A stretch of 64,000 nt of DNA from Candidatus Lustribacter sp. (GTDB lineage Bacteria > Vulcanimicrobiota > Vulcanimicrobiia > Vulcanimicrobiales > Vulcanimicrobiaceae). The translations under genes were made by a program, and so were the position numbers. Where the stretch lies: assembly GCA_965277805.1 (NCBI GenBank), contig OZ255842.1, positions 2,016,001-2,080,000 of the forward strand. The letters are read 5' to 3'. This document shows positions 28,297-37,646 of the stretch, piece by piece (the first letter of the stretch is position 1; the number at the start of each line of letters is the position of its first letter). The notes below the pieces were generated by a model. It ran no database searches. It had not been told where the DNA came from and was given only the letters and a program-made list of their open reading frames with translations.

Positions 28297-29436
28297 CTAT
28301 GAGGCGGCATCTCCGGATTCGAAGGTCGCCAGCTTGCCTTCGCCCGAGCGTTTCCACTCCGTCAACGGTTTGCCGTCCCGCAGTGCGTTCATCTCGCGTT
28401 TCCAGATCCGGCGCAGCATTGCGATAGCCCGGTCAGAACTGCCCAAGTGCTCGGCGTTACGGTCGGCAATGAGCCCTTGGCCCCCCATCGTAACCGTATC
28501 TTGAATTACCGGCAGCAGCGGATGCTCCATATCGATCTCATCGAGCGTGATCTCGCATGCCATCACCTGCGCCGCGATTTCCGCCGGGTCGATCATGTTC
28601 GCCCAACCGGCGCGGATCGACTCATCAAAATTGCTTACGCGATCGATCATCACGCTGAGCGTGGTCACGTCGTCGATCGGGACGCGCCATGCAGCGTGAA
28701 TGGTCAAATTTGTACGGTCTTGCTGAATCGCGACGTCGCGCAGCATGATGTTCGGCATGATGACGTGCGTGAAGAGCTTCGTGCCGTCGGTTCGCGCTGC
28801 GGTTGCAACCATGCCGTATTCGGTCTCTTGGGCCGAAATACGGGGAATGTCGATCAGTCCGAACCCGCCCATGAAGTCCTTATGGGTGAAATGGATATGC
28901 ACTTCATCGACATCGTTCTCGACGCGCTGGAAGTAGTTATATGGCAACACGACTGCCATCGAGAGCAATTCGCCGGCGCCCTCATCCTCGAGTTCGGGGA
29001 AACGCGGCAACTCGGGCGGTGCGCCGTCGCCGAAGTAGCCGAAAACGACGCCCAGATACTCACGGACGGGATACGTCTGAAGGCAGATCGATCGTGTGTA
29101 GCTCTCGCTCTCGGCTGGAAAGTCGACGCCCTCACCGGTGCCGGCGAACTTCCAGCCGTGGTAGCGGCAGCGAATGGAGTTATCCTCAACCCAACCGTAC
29201 GCGAGACTTGTTCCACGATGCGGGCAACGATCTTGAACGAGGTTGAGCACGCCGCCGGTACCGCGGAAGAGCGTGTAGAAATTTCCGAGGATCTTGATCC
29301 GCTTGGCCGCGCCCGGCTTGCATTCTGCGGCAATCGCGATCGGTTGCCAATACTGGGCGAGATACCGTCCGGCAATCGCGCCATTCTCAACGTGCGCGAA
29401 ATCATCTAAGGACGGTCGTTGCGGAGTCTCCAGCAT
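28297..29436 (-). CDS. Rieske non-heme iron oxygenase alpha subunit (phthalate 4,5-dioxygenase-like)
   Basis: CPHR...CRYHGW Rieske motif; ENDVDEVHIHFTH; QD; EHLGSSDRAI. Confidence 0.92.
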   Translation of the reverse strand: MLETPQRPSLDDFAHVENGAIAGRYLAQYWQPIAIAAECKPGAAKRIKILGNFYTLFRGTGGVLNLVQDRCPHRGTSLAYGWVEDNSIRCRYHGWKFAGTGEGVDFPAESESYTRSICLQTYPVREYLGVVFGYFGDGAPPELPRFPELEDEGAGELLSMAVVLPYNYFQRVENDVDEVHIHFTHKDFMGGFGLIDIPRISAQETEYGMVATAARTDGTKLFTHVIMPNIMLRDVAIQQDRTNLTIHAAWRVPIDDVTTLSVMIDRVSNFDESIRAGWANMIDPAEIAAQVMACEITLDEIDMEHPLLPVIQDTVTMGGQGLIADRNAEHLGSSDRAIAMLRRIWKREMNALRDGKPLTEWKRSGEGKLATFESGDAAS

Positions 29437-29491
29437 GTAGCGAGTATACGCAGCCGGCCATACCGAAGCAAATCAAAATCGCAGTGCCCGC

Positions 29492-29506
29492 ATTAGCGTT
29501 TCTTAT
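29492..29506. promoter_or_regulatory. Putative LysR recognition box (T-N11-A)
   Basis: ATTAGCGTTTCTTAT between the divergent Rieske and LysR genes. Confidence 0.45.
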
Positions 29507-29558
29507 CGCCCCAAAATGTAGATGAAGAATGCCGCCTCTCTCGAAGGCCGAGGCTCAG

Positions 29559-30479
29559 ATGAGGATCGATCCACAGCGTCTCATCCGGTTGGCCGTGCTG
29601 ATTCAACACGGTAGTTTCTCGCGCGCCGCCGAGCATCTTGGGTTGACGCAGCCCGCGCTCTCGCAAAGCATCGCCCAAATCGAAAAAGAGGTTGGAGTGA
29701 AGCTAATCGAGCGGACGCCGCATGGCGTTGAGCCCACGCTGTATGGCCAGGTTCTCTACGAACACGCGAAATCGATCGACCGCGAACTAGCTCTGGCAGC
29801 ACAACACATCGGTGAGCTGGCGTTTGGTCACAAGGGCGCGTTGCGCATCGGAGCGACCGTCGGCGGAGCGGCGTCGTTCGTTGCGCTCGCCGTCTGCAAG
29901 CTGCAAGCATCGCGCGCGGGTATCGATACGCGCATCGTCGAGGAATTCTCGATCGGTGCGCTGCTCACGCAACTCCACGATCGCACGCTCGACGTGCTCG
30001 TTTGCCCGCGGCCGCGCGAACTTGACCTCAAGGGCGCCAGTTCCACGCCGTTGTTTCTGGCGAAGCGTCTGGCGTGCGTACGGGCCGGACATCCGCTCTC
30101 CGGTGACGTATCGTTGCGAGAGCTCTCGACGTTCTCGTTCGTGTGTCCGGAAGAAGAGCTCGGGCTGCTGTTCGGCTTTCGTCAGATCTTCGGAACCATC
30201 GGCGTCGATCTCCCCGAGGTTCTCGTCGTGAACTCAGTCTATCTGGCCAAGGAGCTCGTGCTGAACTCGGATGCCTTCGGGCTCTTCTCCGACGTGTCGA
30301 TCATCAACGAACACCGGCTCGGATTGGTCAAACCCATCGAACTCGAAACTCCGACGAACTACTGGATGCAACTCATCCTGCGCGCCGAGCAAGCTCGCAA
30401 CGAACCCATCGCCGGTTTCATCGCCGAGATGATCGAGATTTGCAGTGAGCGCGGCATCGAGGTCAATCCGGATGTTTGA
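29559..30479 (+). CDS. LysR-family transcriptional regulator
   Basis: GSFSRAAEHLGLTQPALSQSIAQIEKEVGVKLIER. Confidence 0.93.
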   Translation: MRIDPQRLIRLAVLIQHGSFSRAAEHLGLTQPALSQSIAQIEKEVGVKLIERTPHGVEPTLYGQVLYEHAKSIDRELALAAQHIGELAFGHKGALRIGATVGGAASFVALAVCKLQASRAGIDTRIVEEFSIGALLTQLHDRTLDVLVCPRPRELDLKGASSTPLFLAKRLACVRAGHPLSGDVSLRELSTFSFVCPEEELGLLFGFRQIFGTIGVDLPEVLVVNSVYLAKELVLNSDAFGLFSDVSIINEHRLGLVKPIELETPTNYWMQLILRAEQARNEPIAGFIAEMIEICSERGIEVNPDV

Positions 30480-31578
30480 CTTGACCGAAGCCGGGGCTCG
30501 TTGGGCCCGCGTGCGCGAACTGATGGCCGAGCACGATCTGGACGCACTGCTTGCCGTAGATCTGTCTCGTGATGAGATCATGTTGGCAAATCAACGCTGG
30601 CTGACCGGGTACATTCCGATCGGTGGTCCCGCGGCCGCGCTTATCCATCGCGACGGCGACCTGGAATTAATCTCGGAGCGCATCGGGGTGCCCGTCACCG
30701 AATACTATGCATCCCACGGCTTCCCGATCGGACTCGTAAACGGCTTCTCGCCCCGTCTGCTCGCTGAGCGGGTTGTGCGCCATTCCCCGAAGCGGCTCGG
30801 AATCGTCGAACCGGACAGTTTCCCCGCGGCCGTCGTGACGTCGCTCGCATCGTTTCCGAAAGTGGTCGACGTTTCTGATGCCTTTCAACGCCTGCGGTTG
30901 CGAAAAAGTGCATATGAAATCGACGTCATCCGCAGGAGTTGCGCGATCGCTGACGCCGTATGGGAACGCGTTCCCGAGATTTTCCGGATCGGACGCAAAC
31001 ACTACGAAGTCGTTGCCGACGTCGACCATCTCGTGCGCCTAGCCGGAGCGGAGGGCGGCTTTCACTTGCTTCTTCCCCTGCCTTTTCTCGGCCGCGCGAT
31101 GCGATCGCTCGCAAGTCATGAGATCGTCGTGCCAGACGCACGCTATCTCTTGGAGATCTCGCCCCGCCTCGACGGCTACTACTCGCAACTGACGATACCG
31201 GTAACGACGCATCAAAACGATCGCGCTGCACTCCAAGCGTACGATGACGTGGTGGCATCGAAGGTGGCCGCCCAACCGCTGATGCGGCCCGGCACCGATC
31301 TTACCGATCTGGCCGGATTCATTTCTGAATACTTGCGCGAACGCGGTCACGCACTCGCGTCGCTCTCGCTCGGACATTTCTGCGGCATGGCACTCGAAGA
31401 ACCGCGTCACGAGCCCTCGCGTTCGCACGTCCTCGAAGAAAACATGACCCTCATCTTCCACCCCGTCATCGGTAACGCGGAACTGCGCTCCCTCATGCGG
31501 GCGGACACCTACCTCATCACCCCCTCCGGAGCCGAACGCTTAAACCGCTATACCGGTGGGATGCTCCAAGTCTCCTAG
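30472..31578 (+). CDS. M24/creatinase-fold protein with non-canonical metal ligands
   Basis: Creatinase-like N-domain; RLRKSAYEI, GYYSQL, GHFCGM..EEP, LEENMTLIFHP, DTYLITPSG. Confidence 0.85.
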   Translation: MFDLTEAGARWARVRELMAEHDLDALLAVDLSRDEIMLANQRWLTGYIPIGGPAAALIHRDGDLELISERIGVPVTEYYASHGFPIGLVNGFSPRLLAERVVRHSPKRLGIVEPDSFPAAVVTSLASFPKVVDVSDAFQRLRLRKSAYEIDVIRRSCAIADAVWERVPEIFRIGRKHYEVVADVDHLVRLAGAEGGFHLLLPLPFLGRAMRSLASHEIVVPDARYLLEISPRLDGYYSQLTIPVTTHQNDRAALQAYDDVVASKVAAQPLMRPGTDLTDLAGFISEYLRERGHALASLSLGHFCGMALEEPRHEPSRSHVLEENMTLIFHPVIGNAELRSLMRADTYLITPSGAERLNRYTGGMLQVS

Positions 31579-31579
31579 C

Positions 31580-32092
31580 CCCGGCAGTCTTTCGTTCAAC
31601 GTCGGTCGTAAGATCAAAGTGTGCGAAAGCCGTCGCGGCCGCACGAACGGTGCATCGACGCGCAGCGGCATCGCGACGACGCCTTCTTGGTACTCGGATT
31701 GGATGCGGTCGCCTTAGCATCTGGCGAGCATTTCTCCGCGACGCGCAGCTCGATCAGATTTCCATCGTCGTCGTGAAAACAGAGGCCCGAATCGTCGAGC
31801 GCATGCGGCGGCGCGCCGACGATAACAACGTTGCGCTCGGCCAACCGCTTGCGAAACGCCGGCACGTCGTCTTCGTAAATGCCGCATGAAAGATAGTTCA
31901 GCACCTTCGACGCTCCAGCATGATAGCGGGCCCATCGATGCGGGTTTCCGGTCGCATACATCTCAAGCGCGATGCCGCTCGGTTTCATCTCTAGCCCAAA
32001 ACGCTCGTAGAACGCCGCAGCCTCATCGAGGTGGGGACCATCAGGCTGAAGTGATCCAGGGAGTGCGCTCCGACCGCCCCTGCCCGGCGCAT
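31580..32092 (-). pseudogene. Degraded VOC/metapyrocatechase-like dioxygenase
   Basis: MRRAGAVGAHSLDHFSLMVP / LDEAAAFYERFGL...DDDGNLIELRVAEKCSP / VRPRRLSHTLI / TTDVER: three frameshifts, truncated against the M24 gene. Confidence 0.8.
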
Positions 32093-32097
32093 TGGAG

Positions 32098-33132
32098 CTA
32101 CCGCCCAACTTTCGCGAGTTCACGCAACGGCCGCGCAGCGATCTCCTCGCGGATGCGCGTGACCATGATCGATGCGGCATCAGCTGCCATATTCATGAGC
32201 GGCGCATCGCGATCGCGGTCCAAGCTGCGTTGCTGTGCTTCGAGGATGACCAGATCCTGATTGAACGTTTGCTGAGCGGCGGCGCGCAATTGCTCGGTTT
32301 GTCCCGCGTCATCGAGCGCGAAGTTTCGCGCGTACACCCAAAAGTAGTGCGTCGTGGTTTCCGTTTCGGGCGTGAGCAGGTGCAACTGCGAAATCTCGAT
32401 CCCGGCGGACCGGTCGCCCTCGGGCGCACCCGTTCCGGCAACCGCGCAGCCCACGTCCAGTGCCGTCGTCGTCGGCGCCAAAAACGTGGTGTGAAACCAG
32501 CGGTCGACCGGTCCCGTGAAGTTTCCGGCTTTGGCAAAGTGCGGCGGAGCCGTCGTATTGAGGAGCCAATGCCGGCTCTCGACGTGATCGCCGATCCGCT
32601 GCAAGTGCGACTCGGCATCGGCCATCCCCGCGGCGCCGATTTGCGGATGAACGAACGGCACGTGCGCATGATTGTTGAGGTTTTCCAGAACCAGCTCGTG
32701 CCGGGCCTGGACGAGCATCCGGTCTCCCGCCGCAGCCCAGCCCGGATCGTCAGCGGTGTGCGCGTCGGGGATCAACCCGGGGTCGGCATAGGCGGCATCG
32801 CCGAACCAGAGCCACACGAACCCATAGCGTTCGACGAGCGGATAGGGGCGTACGGGAAGGGCGGACTGCGGAACGCCCTGGCCGGGAATCTTCACGCAGG
32901 TGCCCTGCGCATCGAAGCACACTCCGTGATAGCCGCACTGGAGGAGCCCATCCACTACGCTGCCGAGCGATAGGGGCACGCCTCGGTGCGCGCAGCGGTC
33001 GGCAAGGGCGACGGCTTGGCCGCGGGTGCGCCACATGACCACCGGTTCGCCGAGGAGCGTACGTCCTAAGAGCTGATTTTCGCCGATTTCGTGACACCAT
33101 GCGGCCACGTACCAAGCGTTGCGAAGGATCAT
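32098..33132 (-). CDS. Rieske oxygenase alpha subunit, VanA-like (O-demethylase type)
   Basis: LRNAWYVAAW, CAHR...CGYHG, HAHVPFVH, TPETETTTHYFW. Confidence 0.92.
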   Translation of the reverse strand: MILRNAWYVAAWCHEIGENQLLGRTLLGEPVVMWRTRGQAVALADRCAHRGVPLSLGSVVDGLLQCGYHGVCFDAQGTCVKIPGQGVPQSALPVRPYPLVERYGFVWLWFGDAAYADPGLIPDAHTADDPGWAAAGDRMLVQARHELVLENLNNHAHVPFVHPQIGAAGMADAESHLQRIGDHVESRHWLLNTTAPPHFAKAGNFTGPVDRWFHTTFLAPTTTALDVGCAVAGTGAPEGDRSAGIEISQLHLLTPETETTTHYFWVYARNFALDDAGQTEQLRAAAQQTFNQDLVILEAQQRSLDRDRDAPLMNMAADAASIMVTRIREEIAARPLRELAKVGR

Positions 33133-33228
33133 GCGTTTCCTCACCGGACCCGGCCGAACATGCGTAATGCGTTTCATCAAGCGTAATGTCATATTACGTC
33201 GCGGTCAAGGGTGCCGTCCCGATCCGCC

Positions 33229-33258
33229 TTGACAGGGGGAAATTGCCAAGCTTACGAT
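33229..33258 (+). promoter_or_regulatory. Sigma70-type promoter for the SBP-XDH-SBP operon
   Basis: TTGACA-N18-TACGAT; flanked by CGTAAT/ATTACG half-sites. Confidence 0.55.
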
Positions 33259-33312
33259 AATAGCAAATCATTACGTAAAGAGTAATATCTGCGAACAGTA
33301 GGGGGAGCGTCC

Positions 33313-34527
33313 ATGATCAGCCGTCTCATAGCCGCCCACGCGGGCCGGGGCCGTATCCGTACGGCACTGGGGATCCTGGGCGTGGCAGCCCTCCTGGGCG
33401 CGGCCGCTCCTCCGTCGGGGGCTCCGGTCGTGATCAATGCCGTCATACCGCTCACCGGCGGGGCGGCGTTCCTCGGGACATCGTTTAACAGCGCCTTCCG
33501 AGCCGCCGAGATCCTCGTGAACGAGACGGGTGGCATCCAGGGCCGGCCGCTAAAAATCGTTGCTGCAGATTCGCAAACCTCGCCCGCCGTGGGCCTGCAA
33601 CTCGTGCAAGGCCTCGTCGCGCAACACGCCGACCTGTTTCTGGACGGCGGGCCGGCACCGATCTGCAACGCCTCACTGCCCCTAATTGCGAAGAGCGGCC
33701 CGGTCGATTACTGCCTATCGCCCGCATTTTCGCCGGGGCCGAATAGCTATGGATTTTCTACGAATCCATCAGCCAGCGATGTCTCGCATGTCGTCGTAAG
33801 GTACTTCCGGCTGCGCGGGTGGACCCGTATCGCGATGATCAGTGCGACGGACGCGGCGAGTCAAGTAAACGAAGCGGCAACGATTTCTGCGATCGGTCAG
33901 CCCGAGAATCGCGGCGTCACGTTAGTCGCCAAAGAGAATTTCGCCCCGAGCGACGTCAGCGTGAGCGCGCAAATCGCAGCGATCGTCGCGGCAAAGCCGC
34001 AAGCAATAACGGTTTGGGCAACCGGTACTCCGGTCGCAACGGTACTGCGTGCTCTCAACGATGCCGGCAATACCGCACCCGTTCAGATCTCCGGTTCCAA
34101 CATGATCTTTCCTGAGCTCCACAGCTTTGCTGCATTTCTTCCGAAGCAGCTGTTCTTTTCGACGCCCATCGCACTAACGCCCAAGGATAACCCGCCCGGG
34201 CCGGTACGCGACGCGCAACTTGCATATGTTGCGTCGATCAAGCGCGTCGGCGTTCGTGCGGACATTGCGACGGATCTGGCCTGGGACCCGATCATGATTT
34301 TCGTCAATGCCTTGCGTCATTTCGGACCGAATGCGACCGCCGAACAGGTTCACGACTACATCGAACATCTCCACGGTTATGCCGGCACAAACGGCATCTA
34401 TGACTTCAGTTCCGGCGACCAACGCGGGATCGGCCAAAACGGCCTCGAGATGGCGCAGTGGGATGCGAAAAAAGATGATTTCGTCCGGGTCAGCCGCGCT
34501 CGCGGATTCCTTTTGACCGGCCACTAA
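33313..34527 (+). CDS. ABC substrate-binding protein, LivJ-like
   Basis: PLTGGAAFLG, NETGGIQGRPL, DSQTSP; close paralog of 54280-55473. Confidence 0.9.
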   Translation: MISRLIAAHAGRGRIRTALGILGVAALLGAAAPPSGAPVVINAVIPLTGGAAFLGTSFNSAFRAAEILVNETGGIQGRPLKIVAADSQTSPAVGLQLVQGLVAQHADLFLDGGPAPICNASLPLIAKSGPVDYCLSPAFSPGPNSYGFSTNPSASDVSHVVVRYFRLRGWTRIAMISATDAASQVNEAATISAIGQPENRGVTLVAKENFAPSDVSVSAQIAAIVAAKPQAITVWATGTPVATVLRALNDAGNTAPVQISGSNMIFPELHSFAAFLPKQLFFSTPIALTPKDNPPGPVRDAQLAYVASIKRVGVRADIATDLAWDPIMIFVNALRHFGPNATAEQVHDYIEHLHGYAGTNGIYDFSSGDQRGIGQNGLEMAQWDAKKDDFVRVSRARGFLLTGH

Positions 34528-34535
34528 ACATCTCG

Positions 34536-36689
34536 ATGACCGTCGTCGCTCCGAAAATCGGTACTATCCCGGCGCTGATCGGCCGTGATGAAGCGCGCAT
34601 CGATGGCCGCAGCAAAGTCTCGGGCGAGACGATGTACAGCGCGGACTTCAAACGCGAAGGCATGCTCTGGGCTGCCTTCGCGGCCTCGACCTACGCCCAT
34701 GCGCGCATCGTCAGCGTCGACACCACAGTCGCCAAAGCGATGCCCGGCGTGCGCGCCGTCATCACCGGTGCCGACATCGGTGAACGGTATTTCGGCTGCA
34801 TGCTGAAAGATTGGCCCATTCTTGCGCGCGGCGAAGTGCAGTTCGTCGGCGAATATCTCGCGGCTGTCGCGGCCGATACGCGCGACCAGGCTGAAGCCGC
34901 CGCCGCAGCCATTGACGTCCAGTACGAGGAGCTGCCCGCCGTCTTCGATCCGGAAGCCGCGATCGCACCCGGCGCACCGCCCTTCCACCCGAATGTCGCA
35001 CAATTCGCGCACCTCCTGGGCAAACGCCCACCTGTTCCGCACCCGAACATGCACGGCTACGACATCACGCGCAAGGGAGACGTCGAAGCCGGCTTCGCGC
35101 GCAGCGACTACATCTTCGAGCACACATTCACCACGCCGCGCACGCATGGCGGCTACCTCGAACCGCGCGCCACGCTAATCTGGATCGACGATGGCGGCAC
35201 GGTGCACCTGATCTGCACGAATTCGGGACCGTTCTTGCTGCGCGACAGGCTTGCGTCGGCGATCGACCTGCCGAAGGACAAGGTCGTCGTCCATCCGAGT
35301 TTCATCGGCGGAGATTTTGGCGGCAAGGCGCTGACCATCGAAGAGTTTCCGATGTATTATCTCGCCTTGGCGACGAACCGGCCGATCAAGCACGTTCGCA
35401 CGCTCGCCGATGACGTACGTTCCACCCACACGCGACACGCATCAAAGACGCGCGTACGCATGGGTCTCAAGAACGACGGCACGATCGAGGCGTTCGACGT
35501 GCGGGTGCTCTTTGACGGCGGGGCCTATGCAGCTGGTAAGCCCGTGCCCTGGCTGATGCCGGGCCTCGCACCGAAATTGCCCTACCGACTCGAAAACGCG
35601 CAAATGGAACGCATCGCGGCCTACACGAATACCGTGCCGGCCGGCTTCGTGCGCGCGCCAGGCGACATTCAAACGATCTTCGCGCTCGAATCGGCGATGG
35701 ACATGGCGGCCAATGCATTGGGCATCAGTCCATACGACATTCGCATGCGCAATGCGGTAACCGAGCATGATACGACCCTCGAGGGAAATCCGTTCGCACG
35801 TCCCCGCACGCGCGAAATGCTCGAACTTCTGCATCGCGAAATCGGCTGGGGCAAGCCGCTCCCGCCGGGACGCGGACTCGGACTTTCGCTCACCGCGCGC
35901 CACTTCGTCGGCGGAAAAACAAGCTTCACCGTAACCGCCCAAGAAGACGGAACCATCGCCGTCGACACCGGTGCTCCGGAGCAGGGCGTCGGCTCGCTAA
36001 CGGTCATTCAGCGCGTGCTGGCCGCCGAGCTGAATATCGACCCGGAGCGTATCACCGTGACGCGCGGTGCGACCGACGCCGTACCGTTCGACCCCGGAGT
36101 CGGCGGCAGCAAGGGCGCTCTACTGCTCGGTCGCGCGGCGCTCGACGCAGCGCAAAAGCTGCGCGCCGCGCTGGCGCTTCCGCATTCCGGCCCGGTGACG
36201 GTGACCGGCGAGGGCGCCTATATGCACCAGCGCGGTGAGCCCGTCTGGACGAATTTTGCCGCGTACGGCGTCGATCTTTCGGTCGACCGCGACACGGGCG
36301 AGATCACGATTCACGAGGTCGTGTTCGTCGCCGACGTCGGCACGATCATCAATCCGATCGCGCATCGCGGCCAAATCGACGGCGGCTTCATGATGGGTAT
36401 CGGCAGTGCGTTGACCGAGGAGCTGCACATTGAGGACGGGCGCCTCGTCAACATCGCCCTCTCCGATTACAAGTTACCGTGTCAGCGCGACATCCCGCCG
36501 TTTCGCGTGATCATGATGGAGCCTGACGACGGGCCCGGGGCCTTCGGGTCGCGCGCCGTCGGCGAATTCAACACCGCGGGCGTTGCGCCGGCAATCGCCA
36601 ACGCCATCGAAGCCGCCTGCGGGGTACGCCTGGATCGGCTCGGTCTAACGGCAGAACGGATTTACGCCGCGTTACAGACGCAATCCTGA
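34536..36689 (+). CDS. Xanthine dehydrogenase-family molybdopterin-binding subunit
   Basis: KVSGE..YSAD, YLEPRA, IGGDFGGK, RAPG, GQIDGG, RAVGE. Confidence 0.93.
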   Translation: MTVVAPKIGTIPALIGRDEARIDGRSKVSGETMYSADFKREGMLWAAFAASTYAHARIVSVDTTVAKAMPGVRAVITGADIGERYFGCMLKDWPILARGEVQFVGEYLAAVAADTRDQAEAAAAAIDVQYEELPAVFDPEAAIAPGAPPFHPNVAQFAHLLGKRPPVPHPNMHGYDITRKGDVEAGFARSDYIFEHTFTTPRTHGGYLEPRATLIWIDDGGTVHLICTNSGPFLLRDRLASAIDLPKDKVVVHPSFIGGDFGGKALTIEEFPMYYLALATNRPIKHVRTLADDVRSTHTRHASKTRVRMGLKNDGTIEAFDVRVLFDGGAYAAGKPVPWLMPGLAPKLPYRLENAQMERIAAYTNTVPAGFVRAPGDIQTIFALESAMDMAANALGISPYDIRMRNAVTEHDTTLEGNPFARPRTREMLELLHREIGWGKPLPPGRGLGLSLTARHFVGGKTSFTVTAQEDGTIAVDTGAPEQGVGSLTVIQRVLAAELNIDPERITVTRGATDAVPFDPGVGGSKGALLLGRAALDAAQKLRAALALPHSGPVTVTGEGAYMHQRGEPVWTNFAAYGVDLSVDRDTGEITIHEVVFVADVGTIINPIAHRGQIDGGFMMGIGSALTEELHIEDGRLVNIALSDYKLPCQRDIPPFRVIMMEPDDGPGAFGSRAVGEFNTAGVAPAIANAIEAACGVRLDRLGLTAERIYAALQTQS

Positions 36690-36704
36690 CGTGATGAGGA
36701 TCGA

Positions 36705-37637
36705 ATGAATCGACACAGCTATTTGTCCGGCCTCGCCGCAGCTGCGGCTGCAATCGTTCCGAGCGGCGTTCGAGCCCAGGCGCGGGCCATTCGGATCGGT
36801 TCCGGCTCGAGCGATCAATATTCACTGTCGATGTTCGCCAAAGACGCGGGCTTCTTTGACCGAGCAGGACTCGACGTGGACGTCCAGCGGTTTACGCAAC
36901 TCCAGACGGCGGTGCAGGGCCTGGCGGCAGGCGAGCTCGACGTTGTCTGTGCCGATGTCGTGCAGATCGCGAATGCAATCAACAGCGGGATCCCGCTCGG
37001 CTACTTCGCGCCTGCGGCGATATATACGACCGCGGTGCCGACGGTGTTCGTCTGCGTTGCGAAGAACGGCACGGTGCGATCGGCAAAGGATCTGGAAAAC
37101 GGCTCCGTTGCCGTCGTCGCGCTCTCGACGCAGATAACCGTGGGGCTGCAGCAATGGCTAAAAGACAGCGGCGTCGATGCCACGAAGGTGAAGCTGGTTG
37201 AGTTGCCCTTTGCGGCGATGGCGCCGGCCGTTAGCCGCGGGACCGTCGCTGCGGCTGTTATTGCCGAGCCGTTCGTAACGCAGAGCATCGATAGCATTCG
37301 CCTCATCGGCGATCCGATGGCTGCGATCGCAAAGAACTACTTGCTGTGCGGCATGGCATCAACGCACGCGTGGATAACGGCGAATCGGGATCTCGCGAAG
37401 CGCCTAACTAAGATGTATGGCGAAGCGGCGACTTGGGCCAACGCTCATCCTGCCGACACGGCGAAGACGCTCGCGGCGTATTCGAACATTCCGTTAGCGA
37501 CGGTCCTCGCGATGAGAAGAGCAACCTTCACCGCAACGCTGTCGCCACCCCAGATCCAGCCGGCACTTGATATGGCATTCAAGTACGGACAATTGCAGAA
37601 ACCGCTGCGCGCTCAGTCCATGATCATCCCGCTCTAG
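36705..37637 (+). CDS. ABC substrate-binding protein, SsuA/NMT1-THI5 family
   Basis: AKDAGFFDRAGLDV, AVIAEPF; paralog of the 2541 and 3496 proteins. Confidence 0.88.
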   Translation: MNRHSYLSGLAAAAAAIVPSGVRAQARAIRIGSGSSDQYSLSMFAKDAGFFDRAGLDVDVQRFTQLQTAVQGLAAGELDVVCADVVQIANAINSGIPLGYFAPAAIYTTAVPTVFVCVAKNGTVRSAKDLENGSVAVVALSTQITVGLQQWLKDSGVDATKVKLVELPFAAMAPAVSRGTVAAAVIAEPFVTQSIDSIRLIGDPMAAIAKNYLLCGMASTHAWITANRDLAKRLTKMYGEAATWANAHPADTAKTLAAYSNIPLATVLAMRRATFTATLSPPQIQPALDMAFKYGQLQKPLRAQSMIIPL

Positions 37638-37646
37638 TCTGCCGCC

